Shown piece by piece: positions 1 to 9,780 of a stretch of DNA of 64,000 nucleotides (positions are counted from its first letter, which is position 1; each line of letters starts with the position of its first letter). The stretch covers positions 2,528,001-2,592,000 of the forward strand of contig CBDDPY010000002.1 in assembly GCA_965232515.1 (NCBI GenBank). The letters are read 5' to 3'. The notes beneath the pieces were generated by a model, which worked only from the letters and a program-made list of their open reading frames with translations, was not told the origin of the DNA and made no database searches. A program made the translations under genes and the position numbers. Source of the DNA: Alphaproteobacteria bacterium (GTDB lineage: Bacteria > Pseudomonadota > Alphaproteobacteria > GCA-2731375).

Positions 1-271
1 CTCCGCCCCCCGCGCGCGGCAGTTTCACCTCGATGTCGGCGATGTGATCGGCACCTCGCTCTGGCCCTGCGCGTCCGACGAGATCGTCCGCGCCGAAGCG
101 CGCCTGCCCGAGATCGGCTGGTATGACGAACCCGGCATGGTGGTCGAGGCCGAGACCGGCGCGCGGCCGGGCCCTGTTATCGACATCGAAGCGAGCCGCT
201 TCCGCTGGACGCGCATGCAGCTCTCGGACGGCGGCTTCGTCCGGCTCGTCGAGACGGTCGGCACGGCCTAG
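1..271 (+). CDS. 3' part of a hypothetical protein (5' end probably outside the window)
   Basis: Frame open from position 2 to TAG at 269-271; high-GC codon usage; no family recognised. Confidence 0.5.
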   Translation, partial: SAPRARQFHLDVGDVIGTSLWPCASDEIVRAEARLPEIGWYDEPGMVVEAETGARPGPVIDIEASRFRWTRMQLSDGGFVRLVETVGTA

Positions 272-285
272 ACGGACGGAGAAGC

Positions 286-750
286 ATGCCGAAGAAACAG
301 CGCCCCTTCGACGATCCCGCCGTCAAGGCCGTGTTCGACGCCTATCCCAGCCCGCTGCGCGCCGACCTGCTGGCCCTGCGCGCCCTGATCCTCGACACGG
401 CGTCCGCGACCGACGGCGTCGGCCCGCTGGTCGAGACGCTCAAATGGGGCCAGCCGTCCTACCTGCCGGCACGCCCGCGCATCGGCACGACGGTCCGCAT
501 CGACGCGCTGAAGGACCGCCCCGGCGGCTACGCGCTTTTCGTGCACTGCCAGTCCCGGCTGGCCGACACCTTCCGCCAGCACTACCCCGGCCAGTTCACC
601 TTCGAGGGCAACCGGGCGCTGCTGTTCACGAGCGGGCAGCCACGTCCCGACGACGCCCTCAAACATTGCATCGCGCTCGCCCTCACCCATCACCTGCGCA
701 AGCGCCGGCCGAAGGCCGGGCATGACAAGGCGGCGGCGAACGTCCGATAA
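286..750 (+). CDS. DUF1801 (YdhG-like) domain protein
   Basis: ETLKWGQPSY and FTFEGNRALLF...LKHCIALALTHH motifs; GGAGA RBS before ATG. Confidence 0.8.
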   Translation: MPKKQRPFDDPAVKAVFDAYPSPLRADLLALRALILDTASATDGVGPLVETLKWGQPSYLPARPRIGTTVRIDALKDRPGGYALFVHCQSRLADTFRQHYPGQFTFEGNRALLFTSGQPRPDDALKHCIALALTHHLRKRRPKAGHDKAAANVR

Positions 751-784
751 TCCGCACGGGGGTCGGATCGACAGGAAGCGCCAC

Positions 785-1219
785 GTGATCGAGTCCGCCG
801 GAAGCAAACGCCGCGGCCAGTGCCTGTGCGGCGGCGTCGCGTTCGAGATCGCCGTGCCCAGGCCCAGCTACCACGTCTGCCATTGCGGCATGTGCCGCCG
901 CTGGGGCGGCGGCCCCTGGATGTCGGTGATCTGTCCCGGCCCCGCCACCTTCATCTCGGACGCGACGCTCGCCTGGTACCGGGGCTCGAAATGGGCCGAG
1001 CGCGGCCACTGCACCAAGTGCGGTTCCAGTCTGTTCTTCCGCCTGGCGGCCAAGCCCGACGCCGTCACCGCCATCTCGGTCGACGCCTTCGACGACAACG
1101 CCGACTTCACCCTCGGCCGCCACATCTACGTCGACGCCCAACCCGCCCGCTACGCCTTCGCCGACGACTGCCCCCGCCTCACGGAGGCCGAATTCCAGGC
1201 CGAGATGCGGGGTGGTTAA
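785..1219 (+). CDS. GFA / CENP-V family zinc protein
   Basis: GQCLCGGV, CHCGMCRR, RGHCTKCGSSLF and HIYV motifs; start GTG785, or ATG722. Confidence 0.85.
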   Translation: MIESAGSKRRGQCLCGGVAFEIAVPRPSYHVCHCGMCRRWGGGPWMSVICPGPATFISDATLAWYRGSKWAERGHCTKCGSSLFFRLAAKPDAVTAISVDAFDDNADFTLGRHIYVDAQPARYAFADDCPRLTEAEFQAEMRGG

Positions 1220-1242
1220 GGCCGGCGGCGCAAAGGCGTGAC
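1123..1242 (+). repeat. Copy 1 of a diverged ~115-120 bp direct repeat (3' end of the GFA gene)
   Basis: Aligns by eye with 2180-2293. Confidence 0.85.
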
Positions 1243-1279
1243 AAACCTCGCATAATGGGCGGCAACGGACGGCAAGTCT

Positions 1280-2083
1280 TCACGGGCTAGCGGCCCGGGC
1301 TTCATAACGAACCCAGCGATAGGACCGCTCATCCCGATAGCCAAGCTTCCGGGCGACGCGTATCGAGGCGGTGTTGGTCTGATGACAACTCCAGTAGGTT
1401 GGAACGCCTTCCCTCGTATAGCTTCTGATGAGAGGTGCACAGGTGATCGCGGCGAAGTTGCAGCCTCTATGGCCCTGCTTGGTGAAGACCACCAATTCCA
1501 CGCGCCCCGCGCCCTTAAACAGGCCGTAGGCTTCACTCAACATCTCGTCGTGATGCATCAGACACATGCCATGGCAATGCGCAAAGAAACGATCGGCGCT
1601 TCCACAGGCGGCAAGAATTTCGCCATGCCAGAGGCAGCGCGCCAGGAGGCTTCGGTCGATCGGCACGATCCGATAGCAAGCGGGTAGCGACTGCATGAGC
1701 CCGTCGGCGTCGTCGAAATTTGGATCACGGGCGGTAAACTCGAGCCGGCTAACAATGCGGCTGTGGTTGGAAGGGAGTGATCGCGCCTCGAATTCCGCCT
1801 CGGAAATCACCAGTCGTATGGCCCCTTTCCTGCGAGAAGCCAGGACGGCGTCCGCCAGAAAACCGTCCGTCACCCGGCCGCCAAAAAACGTCGCGCCATA
1901 GTGCGTGCGGACAACCGCTTGAGAGGGCGAGGTCGCGCTGTCAACCAGCGCCAATCCAGGGTAGCGGCCTTCCAGTGTCGCAAAGAGCATCGTGTCGTTT
2001 GGCCTTCCGGGGGCGAACAACCTGACAAGCTTTGGGCAGGTGGTCGGACACGACTGCATCTTGCGACTATAGAGGCTGGCCAA
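1280..2083 (-). CDS. GNAT family acetyltransferase
   Basis: C-terminal HRGCNFA...WSCHQTNTASIRVARKLGY GNAT motif; lower GC than flanks; start uncertain. Confidence 0.75.
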   Translation of the reverse strand: MASLYSRKMQSCPTTCPKLVRLFAPGRPNDTMLFATLEGRYPGLALVDSATSPSQAVVRTHYGATFFGGRVTDGFLADAVLASRRKGAIRLVISEAEFEARSLPSNHSRIVSRLEFTARDPNFDDADGLMQSLPACYRIVPIDRSLLARCLWHGEILAACGSADRFFAHCHGMCLMHHDEMLSEAYGLFKGAGRVELVVFTKQGHRGCNFAAITCAPLIRSYTREGVPTYWSCHQTNTASIRVARKLGYRDERSYRWVRYEARAASP

Positions 2084-2107
2084 TCTCTGATCAGGATTTC
2101 CGTGCGT

Positions 2108-2163
2108 TCAGGCCCCAGGTCCAACGCGGAAGGCGTTCAGCGCTGAGCCGGCGTGGAAACAGG
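2108..2163 (-). pseudogene. Relic of an aconitase 3' end (FHAGSALNAFRVGPGA*)
   Basis: 2127-2163 matches 3406-3442 at 32/37 nt; the intact aconitase ends WFHAGSALNAIRAAA*. Confidence 0.75.
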
Positions 2164-2179
2164 CGGACCGGACGACGAG

Positions 2180-2293
2180 CATCTGCGTCGACACCCAACC
2201 CGCCGGCTACGAATTCGCCGACGACTGCCCACGCCTGACCCATGCCGAGCTCCTGGCCGAGATGCGGGGTTAGGGCCAGCGGGAAGGCGTGAC
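2180..2293 (+). pseudogene. Relic of a GFA gene 3' end (ICVDTQPAGYEFADDCPRLTHAELLAEMRG*) plus downstream sequence
   Basis: Diverged copy of 1123-1242; the intact gene ends IYVDAQPARYAFADDCPRLTEAEFQAEMRGG*. Confidence 0.85.
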
Positions 2294-2445
2294 GCCGAAG
2301 GGATCGTGTCTTTTACGGGATGCGGTTGAACCGGGGCCAATCCGCCAACCGCGAAACGCCGCGATCCCGCGCCTAGGAATTCCCCTCAACCTGACGCATA
2401 ATTGCCGTCAAGCAACATCAACCAGAACGGCAATGGGGGTGCACG

Positions 2446-3354
2446 GTGAAACCGGAAGGAACGGCGTGGCCGGAAAAGACCAGGGAGTTGCACAACCATC
2501 ATATCGACTCGACGGTCTGGAACGATTTCCAGTTCCGCTCTGACGACATCGTCATCGCCACTTACGCGAAATCCGGCACCACGTGGCTACAGCAGATCAT
2601 CAGTCAGCTCATCTTCAACGGCCAGGAAGGTCTGCCGGTGGCGGACATGTCGCCCTGGGTGGACCTGCGCATCCCGCCCAAGGAAGTCAAACTGCCCGAG
2701 CTGGAGAAGCAGACGCACCGGCGGTTCGTGAAAACCCATCTGCCCGTCGACGCGCTCGTGTTCTCGCCGGACGCCAAGTACATCTACATCGGTCGGGACG
2801 GGCGCGACGTCGTCTGGAGCCTGTACAACCACCACGCCAATGCCAACGCGCTCTGGTACGAGGCGCTGAACGACACGCCGGGGCGCGTTGGTCCGGCGAT
2901 CGAACCGCCGCCGGACTCCGTCGTTCAGTACTTCCGCGACTGGCTGGCAAAAGACGGCTTTCCGTTCTGGTCGTTCTGGGAAAACGTCCGGTCCTGGTGG
3001 GCGATCCGCGAACTGCCGAACGTAATGCTGATCCATTTCGCAGAACTCAAAGCGGATATGCCCGGCGAGATTCGGCGCATCGCATCTTTCCTCGATATCC
3101 CAATCGATGAGTCCAAGTGGGATGCCATCGTCGCCCATTGCAGCTTCGACTATATGAAAGCGAACGCCACGGCGAGCGTGCCGCTCGGCGGCATATTCTG
3201 GGAGGGCGGCGCCGAAACCTTCCTGCACAAGGGCACCAACGACCGCTGGCGCGACACGCTCAGCACGGACGAAGCCGCCGCCTACGAGCAAAAGGCGCGC
3301 GCCGAACTCGGGCCGGCATGCGCCGAATGGCTGCGCACCGGCACCCTGTCATAG
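2446..3354 (+). CDS. PAPS-dependent sulfotransferase (Sulfotransfer_1)
   Basis: 5'-PSB YAKSGTTW, KTHLP, 3'-PB RDGRDVVWS, HKGTNDRW. Confidence 0.9.
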   Translation: MKPEGTAWPEKTRELHNHHIDSTVWNDFQFRSDDIVIATYAKSGTTWLQQIISQLIFNGQEGLPVADMSPWVDLRIPPKEVKLPELEKQTHRRFVKTHLPVDALVFSPDAKYIYIGRDGRDVVWSLYNHHANANALWYEALNDTPGRVGPAIEPPPDSVVQYFRDWLAKDGFPFWSFWENVRSWWAIRELPNVMLIHFAELKADMPGEIRRIASFLDIPIDESKWDAIVAHCSFDYMKANATASVPLGGIFWEGGAETFLHKGTNDRWRDTLSTDEAAAYEQKARAELGPACAEWLRTGTLS

Positions 3355-3392
3355 ATCTTTTCCCGCCGCGTACCTTGCCCGATGTCGCTGCT

Positions 3393-5672
3393 TCACGCCG
3401 CCGCCCGGATCGCGTTCAGGGCCGAGCCGGCGTGGAACCAGGTGAGCTGGTCGGCCGTGAACGAGTGTGCCAGCGTCAGCGTTTCCTCGCTGCCGTCGGC
3501 GTGGGCGACACGGCAGGTGACAGGCTGGCCGGGCGCGAGGTTGGCGAGGTCGATCAGGCTCAAGCGATCATCTTCGCAGATACGGTCGTAGTCTGATGCG
3601 TCCGTGAAGGTGAGCGGCAGCAGGCCCTGCTTTTTCAGGTTGGATTCGTGGATGCGGGCGAAGCCGCGGGCGATCACGGCCGCGCCGCCGAGCAGGCGCG
3701 GCGACAGGGCGGCGTGCTCGCGGCTGCTGCCCTCGCCGTAATTGGCGTCGCCGACGATGACCCAGCGCAGCCCCTGCGCCTGGTAGTGCCGGGCGGTCTC
3801 CGCGAAGGGTGCGGCCGCCGCGCTAGTCAGCACGTTGCGGCCGGCGCCGACGTCGCCGGTGTAGGCGTTCACCGCGCCCATCAGCATGTTGTCGCTGAAA
3901 CGGTCGAGATGGCCGCGATAGCGCAGCCAGGGACCGGCCGGCGAGATCTGGTCGGTCGTGGTCTTGCCCCGCGCCTTCGCCAGCACCGGCATGTCCACGA
4001 AGTCTTCGCCGTCCCAGGCCGGCCAGGGCGCCATCGCCTGCAGGCGCTCGCTGTCGGGTTTCAACGTCAGCACGACGCCGCCGTTGCCGGCGGGCGGCGC
4101 CACATAGGCGCGGACGCCCGCATCGAAGCCCTTGGCCGGCACCTCGGGCGCCGGCTTCGGCGGCCGCAGCATGAACTCGCTGCCGTCGGCCCCCGTCAGG
4201 CTGTCAGTCAGCGGGTTGAACGACAGCCGGCCGGCGAGTGCGAACGCCGTCGCCAGCTCGGGGCTGCAGATGAAGTTCATGGTCGACGGCCGGCCGTCGT
4301 TGCGCCGCGGGAAGTTACGGTTGTAGGACGTGACGATGGTGTTGGGCGCGTCGGCCGCGTCGCCGGCCCGCCGCCACTGGCCGATGCAGGGTCCGCAGGC
4401 ATTCGCCAGCACCGTGCCGCCGACGGCTTCCAGCGTCCGCATCTGGCCGTCGCGTTCGATGGTGGCGCGGATCTGCTCGGAACCCGGCGTCACCAGGAAT
4501 GGCGCGGCGGCCGTCAGCCCATGCCCGGCGGCCTGTTGGGCGACATCGGCGGCCCGGCTCATGTCCTCGTACGACGAGTTCGTGCAGCTGCCGATCAGGA
4601 CGCTGCTGATGGCGTCGCAAAATTCGTTTTCGGCCTCGGCGACCTCGGCCGCCAGCGCCGAGACCGGCCGCGCCCGGTCCGGCGTGTGCGGCCCGACCAC
4701 GTGCGGCTCCAACGTCGACAGATTCAGTTCCACGACCTGGTCGTAAAACCGTTCCGGATCGGCCTCGACCTCGGCGTCGGGCGCCAACAGGTCGCGGTGC
4801 CGCTCGGCATGCGGCACCAGATCGCCGCGTCCCGTCGCGTGCAGATACCGGCTCATACGCGCGTCGAACGGAAAAACCGACGTCGTCGCGCCCAGCTCGG
4901 CGCCCATGTTGGTGATCGTCGCCTTGCCGGTGGCGCTGATGGTGCGCGCGCCGGGGCCGATATACTCGAGAACAGCGTTGGTGCCGCCGGCCACGCCCAG
5001 CCGGCCGGCGACATAGAGAATGACGTCCTTCGGCGCGGTCCAACCGCCGAGTTCTCCGGACAGATAAACCGCGATGCGGCGCGGATACAACAGCTCCCAC
5101 GGCAGCCCGGCGATGGTCTCGACCGCGTCCGCCCCGCCGACGCCCACGGCGCACGCGCCCAGCCCGCCGGCGTTCGGCGTATGCGAATCCGTGCCGATGA
5201 TCAGCGCGCCGGGCACGGCATAGTTCTCCAGCACCACCTGGTGGATGATGCCGGCGCCCGGCTCCCAGAAGCCGGCGCCGTATCTCGCCGCCGCCGAGCG
5301 TAGAAAGTCGTAGACCTCGCCGTTCTCCGCCAGCGAGTCCTTGAGGTCGGCCGCGCCGCCGACCCGCGCCTGGATCAGATGGTCGCAATGGATCGTCGTC
5401 GGCACGGCCACCTTCTCGCGGCCGGTCTGCATGAACTGCAGCATCCCGGTCTGGCCCAGCACGTCCTGAAACACCACGCGATCCGGCCGCAGGCGGAGTT
5501 GGCTCTTGCCTGGAACCAGCTCTTGCGTCTCCGGCGCATCCAAGTGGCCCAGCAGCAGCTTGTCGGCGAGCGTCAACGGCCGGTCCAGCCGCCGCCGGAC
5601 GATCGCCAGGTTCCGCGCCATGGTCGCGTAGAGCTCTGCGACCGTTTCGGGGGTCGGTTCGATGGAAAGCAT
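3393..5672 (-). CDS. Aconitate hydratase, mitochondrial-type (~760 aa)
   Basis: TIHCDHLI, GIIHQVVLENY, GTDSHTPNAGG, IGSCTNSSYED, NACGPCIGQW, NYGEGSSREHAAL. Confidence 0.9.
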   Translation of the reverse strand: MLSIEPTPETVAELYATMARNLAIVRRRLDRPLTLADKLLLGHLDAPETQELVPGKSQLRLRPDRVVFQDVLGQTGMLQFMQTGREKVAVPTTIHCDHLIQARVGGAADLKDSLAENGEVYDFLRSAAARYGAGFWEPGAGIIHQVVLENYAVPGALIIGTDSHTPNAGGLGACAVGVGGADAVETIAGLPWELLYPRRIAVYLSGELGGWTAPKDVILYVAGRLGVAGGTNAVLEYIGPGARTISATGKATITNMGAELGATTSVFPFDARMSRYLHATGRGDLVPHAERHRDLLAPDAEVEADPERFYDQVVELNLSTLEPHVVGPHTPDRARPVSALAAEVAEAENEFCDAISSVLIGSCTNSSYEDMSRAADVAQQAAGHGLTAAAPFLVTPGSEQIRATIERDGQMRTLEAVGGTVLANACGPCIGQWRRAGDAADAPNTIVTSYNRNFPRRNDGRPSTMNFICSPELATAFALAGRLSFNPLTDSLTGADGSEFMLRPPKPAPEVPAKGFDAGVRAYVAPPAGNGGVVLTLKPDSERLQAMAPWPAWDGEDFVDMPVLAKARGKTTTDQISPAGPWLRYRGHLDRFSDNMLMGAVNAYTGDVGAGRNVLTSAAAAPFAETARHYQAQGLRWVIVGDANYGEGSSREHAALSPRLLGGAAVIARGFARIHESNLKKQGLLPLTFTDASDYDRICEDDRLSLIDLANLAPGQPVTCRVAHADGSEETLTLAHSFTADQLTWFHAGSALNAIRAAA

Positions 5673-5762
5673 GGGCCACCGCTCCCTTCGTTATTCGTGT
5701 CGAAGATGTGGGCTGAACGTAGCGGCGCGAGAGCCATTAATCCAATATATGTTTAAGCCAAA

Positions 5763-5785
5763 ATCCATATCTGCTAGATATGGAT
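5763..5785. promoter_or_regulatory. Putative LysR operator
   Basis: Perfect 10-bp inverted repeat ATCCATATCT-gct-AGATATGGAT between the divergent aconitase and LysR genes. Confidence 0.65.
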
Positions 5786-5787
5786 CT

Positions 5788-6705
5788 ATGGAACTCCGCC
5801 ACCTCCGCTATTTCGTCGCCGTCGCCGAGGAAGGCCACGTCACGCGGGCCGCCGAACGGCTCGGAATCCAGCAGCCGCCGCTCAGCCAGCAGATCCGCGC
5901 GCTCGAGACCGAGCTCGACGTGCAGCTCTTCCGCCGCAAGCCGCGCGGCGTCGAGCTGACGGCGGCCGGCGAGGCGTTGCTCACCGACGCCCGCGCGATC
6001 CTCGACCATGTGGCGCATGCGCGCGCCGCCACGCAGCGTTCGGCGCGCGGCGAACGCGGCCGCGTTGTCGTCGGCTTCACCTCCTCGGCGCCGTTCCACC
6101 CTTTCGTGCCGCGGGTGATCCGCGCCTTCCGCGAGGCCTATGCCGACGTCTCCCTGGCACTGGAGGAAGGCGGCACGACAGAGCTCGTCGACGGTCTCGC
6201 CGATGAACGCCTCGATGTGGCTTTCATCCGCTCGCCCGCGCCCGAGGGCACCGGCCTCGCCGTGCACGCGCTCCTGAAAGAAGAGATGCTGGCCGCCGTT
6301 CCCAGTGGCCACCGGCTGGCGCCCGACCCGCCCGATAACAACCTGCCGCCGTTGGCCCTCGCCGACATCGCCGCCGAGCCGTTCATCCTCTATCGCCGAC
6401 ATGTCGGCCACGGCCTCTACGACGCCATCATCGCCGCCTGCCACCGCGCCGGCTTCAGCCCCAACATTGATCAGGAGGCGCCGCGCATCCTCTCGACGCT
6501 GAACCTGGTGGCCGCTGGCCTGGGCGTCTCGCTGGTGCCGGCCTCGCTCGGCCGCCTGGGCATGCCGGGCGTCGCCTACCGCCGCCTGAAAGGCCGCCCG
6601 GCGCTCGCCGCACCGCTCAACCTCGCCTGCCGCCGCGCCGAGCCCGCGCCGGCGACGCAGAACTTCATCCGCCTCGTCCGCCGCATGGCGAAGGCTACGC
6701 GTTAG
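5788..6705 (+). CDS. LysR family regulator (BenM/CatM/AlsR-like)
   Basis: MELRHLRYFVAVAEE...AAERLGIQQPPLSQQI HTH; LVAAGLGVSLVP. Confidence 0.92.
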   Translation: MELRHLRYFVAVAEEGHVTRAAERLGIQQPPLSQQIRALETELDVQLFRRKPRGVELTAAGEALLTDARAILDHVAHARAATQRSARGERGRVVVGFTSSAPFHPFVPRVIRAFREAYADVSLALEEGGTTELVDGLADERLDVAFIRSPAPEGTGLAVHALLKEEMLAAVPSGHRLAPDPPDNNLPPLALADIAAEPFILYRRHVGHGLYDAIIAACHRAGFSPNIDQEAPRILSTLNLVAAGLGVSLVPASLGRLGMPGVAYRRLKGRPALAAPLNLACRRAEPAPATQNFIRLVRRMAKATR

Positions 6706-6740
6706 CAAGCTGCTGAGAATGCCGTGATATCGATGCAAGT

Positions 6741-6846
6741 ATGCTTCGAGACGACGCTTCGCGTCTCCTCAGCATCAGGATAACGTGTTGAAACAGAGCG
6801 AATCCTCATCCTGAGGAAGCCCCGATAGGGGCTGTCTCGAAGGATG
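6741..6846. repeat. REP/RIME-like palindromic element, copy 1
   Basis: Arms TGCTTCGAGAC..CTCCTCAGCAT and CCTCATCCTGAGGA..GTCTCGAAGGA; second copy at 19043-19147; lies between convergent genes. Confidence 0.75.
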
Positions 6847-6864
6847 GTCAGCCGCGCTATCGGA

Positions 6865-7461
6865 TTATTTCAGCAGCCTGTTAGTCGATTTTTCGCGGTT
6901 CGCATCGCGAGCCGTCGACGGCTCGCGCGCGGTGCCGCCCTCGATCCGGGTGAAGGTGCGGATCTGATCGCCGATCGATACGGCGCGGCGGGCGCTGTCG
7001 AGCCAGGAATAGACCGTGGCGCCGAGAATCATATCCACCCGCGCGCCGTCCGACGCCAGCGGCAGCAGGATGCATTCGCCCGGCGTCGGCTTGTCCGTGT
7101 CGGCAAAAAGCCAGCCGTCGATGTGCACGACGCACGGCTGCTCGACCGCCTGCCGGAAGCAGTAAGCGACATCTTCCGTCGCCCTCGGCGGCTCGATCTC
7201 GTCCAGAAACCGTCCCGTGACATTGTCACGGTAGGCATGGCGCACGTGATCGCCCATCAGCCGGTAGCGGAAGCGGCCGACCTCGGGCAGGTAATCGCAG
7301 AGCCAGACGAACGGCAGCAAGCTCGGTATCTGCGTGGGATCGATGTCGGCGCGCGCCGGCATGGCGCGGGCGCCCGCGGCCGCCAGCCAATAGGCAATCA
7401 GGTCGCGCAGCGGCAACTGCTCGACATGATCGAAGCGTTCCATGGTCAGGCGCATGGGCAT
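6865..7461 (-). CDS. PAS domain protein (PAS_5-like)
   Basis: LIAYWLAAAGARAMPARADIDPTQIPSLLP...FRYRLMG...ECILLPLASDG; start chosen after GAGGG. Confidence 0.75.
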   Translation of the reverse strand: MPMRLTMERFDHVEQLPLRDLIAYWLAAAGARAMPARADIDPTQIPSLLPFVWLCDYLPEVGRFRYRLMGDHVRHAYRDNVTGRFLDEIEPPRATEDVAYCFRQAVEQPCVVHIDGWLFADTDKPTPGECILLPLASDGARVDMILGATVYSWLDSARRAVSIGDQIRTFTRIEGGTAREPSTARDANREKSTNRLLK

Positions 7462-7717
7462 GGCCCTCGCGGCGCACGGTATTGACGCGGGCATGCCCGG
7501 CCGCCCGAAGCGGTGCTGGGACATTGAAAATCGGTCAAGGCGTTCCTCGAAGTACTTGGTTGTCATCACGACAATCCCCCACCCGAACCGTCACAATTGC
7601 CGATGCCTGCAAGCTAGACGATGCTTGCGCCGCGGTCTTTGGATCGGTGTCTCAAGTTCGTGGTATGGCAGTCTCATCTTCCGGGAAATCTGCGTGGCGA
7701 TGCGAGCTAGCAACGAG

Positions 7718-8809
7718 TCAGGTCGATGACTGACGGTCCGATGCCGTTCCAAGTTGATCCAGCCACCACAGCTGAGGCAGCGCCGCCCGCCCATAGGCCC
7801 CGGCCTTCTGGCGCCCGCACCGCGCCGACGCGACGGCCTCCATCGCATCGATCGGCGAAATGCCGAACCGCTCGCGGAAGCTGCGGCTGAAGTGGCTGGC
7901 ATCGAAGAAGCCGAGACGTTCGGCGACGCGGCTGATGCGGCCGCGCTGTGGCGGGCCCGCGGAAAGCAGCGTAAAGGCGCGGTCCAATCGCCGGTCCCAG
8001 AGATAGCGCGCAACGCCGCCATGGTCGGCGAAACAGCGATAGATCGTCGCCCGCGACGCGTTGAACGTCCGGAACAACTCACCGGTCTCGAAATAGGGAT
8101 TCTCGAGATTCTCGTCGATGTAGCGCCGCATGGCCTGAGCCAGCGAGGCATTCCACCCCGCCGTGGTATCGTCCGGCGGCTGTGCGCCATCGGTGTCCGA
8201 TCCGCCCAGCAGAAATGCCCGGATCAATCCCAACAGACCGTTGGCCAGTGCCTCGGCCTCGCCGACCTTGGCGTTCGGCAGGGCATCGATCAGACCGTTC
8301 AAGGCCGCGACCAGGACGCGGCCCGTCGACGTATCGGTTGAATCCGTGATCGTGTCCCCGTGCCGGCGCCGATCGAAACCGATCGCCTCGCGGGGAATGA
8401 TGACGGTGGTGTGCCGGACCGCTGAGTTGACGACCCGAAACGGCAACGACATGTCGGCCAGATGCAGATTGCCTGGCCCCAGGCAGATCAGGTCGTCGCC
8501 GACAATGCCCTTCGCGAAACCGCTTTGGTAGTGCCACAGCACGACGAACTCGGCGGACAGGCCGGCAAGGTGTTCGGCGCGGCGCTCGGATATGCGGGCG
8601 CTGGCCTGGGTTTCCATCACCGCGATCTGGCCAAGCTGCCAGGAACGGATCCGGGCAGCGACGTTTTCGCGCTCTTGCGGCGCGACCTTCATGTCGATGA
8701 TGTCCCGCGCTGCTGTATGCCAGGCCTCGAACCGGTCTTCCGGCCCGAAGGCGGCGAGATCGAAACACCGCACCGGCAGGCGGTCGTCGGCGACAGTGTT
8801 CTCAGGCAT
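7718..8809 (-). CDS. AraC family regulator (FeaR-like N-domain)
   Basis: YIDENL...SRATIYRCF...RRLDRA...ISRVAERLGFFDASHFSRSFRERFGISP. Confidence 0.88.
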   Translation of the reverse strand: MPENTVADDRLPVRCFDLAAFGPEDRFEAWHTAARDIIDMKVAPQERENVAARIRSWQLGQIAVMETQASARISERRAEHLAGLSAEFVVLWHYQSGFAKGIVGDDLICLGPGNLHLADMSLPFRVVNSAVRHTTVIIPREAIGFDRRRHGDTITDSTDTSTGRVLVAALNGLIDALPNAKVGEAEALANGLLGLIRAFLLGGSDTDGAQPPDDTTAGWNASLAQAMRRYIDENLENPYFETGELFRTFNASRATIYRCFADHGGVARYLWDRRLDRAFTLLSAGPPQRGRISRVAERLGFFDASHFSRSFRERFGISPIDAMEAVASARCGRQKAGAYGRAALPQLWWLDQLGTASDRQSST

Positions 8810-9237
8810 GAAACAAACGCCCCGTCGGCTCATGGGGCATCGGAACATGCCGGCTGCGGGCCGGCAGAATCTTGGCTTGGCGCATCAGTCGTTACCCGTT
8901 TCAAAGACCTGTTCAACACCCTTCAGTGTCTCTACCAAGCCCACGGGATCCGACCAACCAGCTATGATCACTGGTTTGTATTTTGAGATTTGTTGCGACA
9001 ACAAATCACGACTTAGCGCGACAATCAAATACATTATCGTTTCGCGACGAAATCTTCCTTGCATCGTGGACCGATCGAACATCAAACGACCAGAGGTCGT
9101 TGCCGACGCCGCGGCCGCCATTTATCCCCAATCTTGTAGACTTGCCAAATGAATAGCTGCTCTGCACATCAGTATACAAATCCATCCATAAGGCGTATGA
9201 TTTAAGAGCATCAATAAAACTCATAGAGAGGCTGAAG

Positions 9238-9723
9238 ATGATTAAGCCAGCTACGAGTTTTATGTTGTGTTCTTTTCTAGTTTTATTCCCCTTCGATAAG
9301 TTATCGGCGGCCGAGTACGACCTGACCGGCTCGAACTGCTATCATGGCGAATACAACGTCATAGTCAGAGGCAAGGGCGATTTCTCGCTCAGCTATGTCC
9401 TGCACGGCGCATCAACCTACGACGACGAAAGCGTTCCATTCCGTCACATGGCGACACGCTGCGTCGGCCTTTATGCGCTCAGGAACGGCGAGATCGAATC
9501 ATATGCGCACTGCGAGATGATCGACGGCGACGGCGACAAGCTCTTCGTCCTCGGAAATGCGCGCGGTCAGCAAAACAGCGGGACGTTTCCCGGCGGGACG
9601 GGCAAATTTGAAGGTGTCACGGGCACGTTCACCTCCGAACCCGTTGGGCGTTTTCCCGAGCCCGAAGAGCGTAACTTCGTTGCCTGCCGCCGGCATCACC
9701 ACACGTTCACGCTGCCCGATTGA
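9238..9723 (+). CDS. Secreted hypothetical protein, possible dirigent/allene-oxide-cyclase-like beta barrel
   Basis: Signal peptide; CEMIDGDGDKLF and GGTGKFEG motifs; paralog of the next gene. Confidence 0.7.
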   Translation: MIKPATSFMLCSFLVLFPFDKLSAAEYDLTGSNCYHGEYNVIVRGKGDFSLSYVLHGASTYDDESVPFRHMATRCVGLYALRNGEIESYAHCEMIDGDGDKLFVLGNARGQQNSGTFPGGTGKFEGVTGTFTSEPVGRFPEPEERNFVACRRHHHTFTLPD

Positions 9724-9780
9724 GGTCCGGTTCGATTTACGTAACCGGGAACGCAACAACACATCTCGAGGAGAACGATC

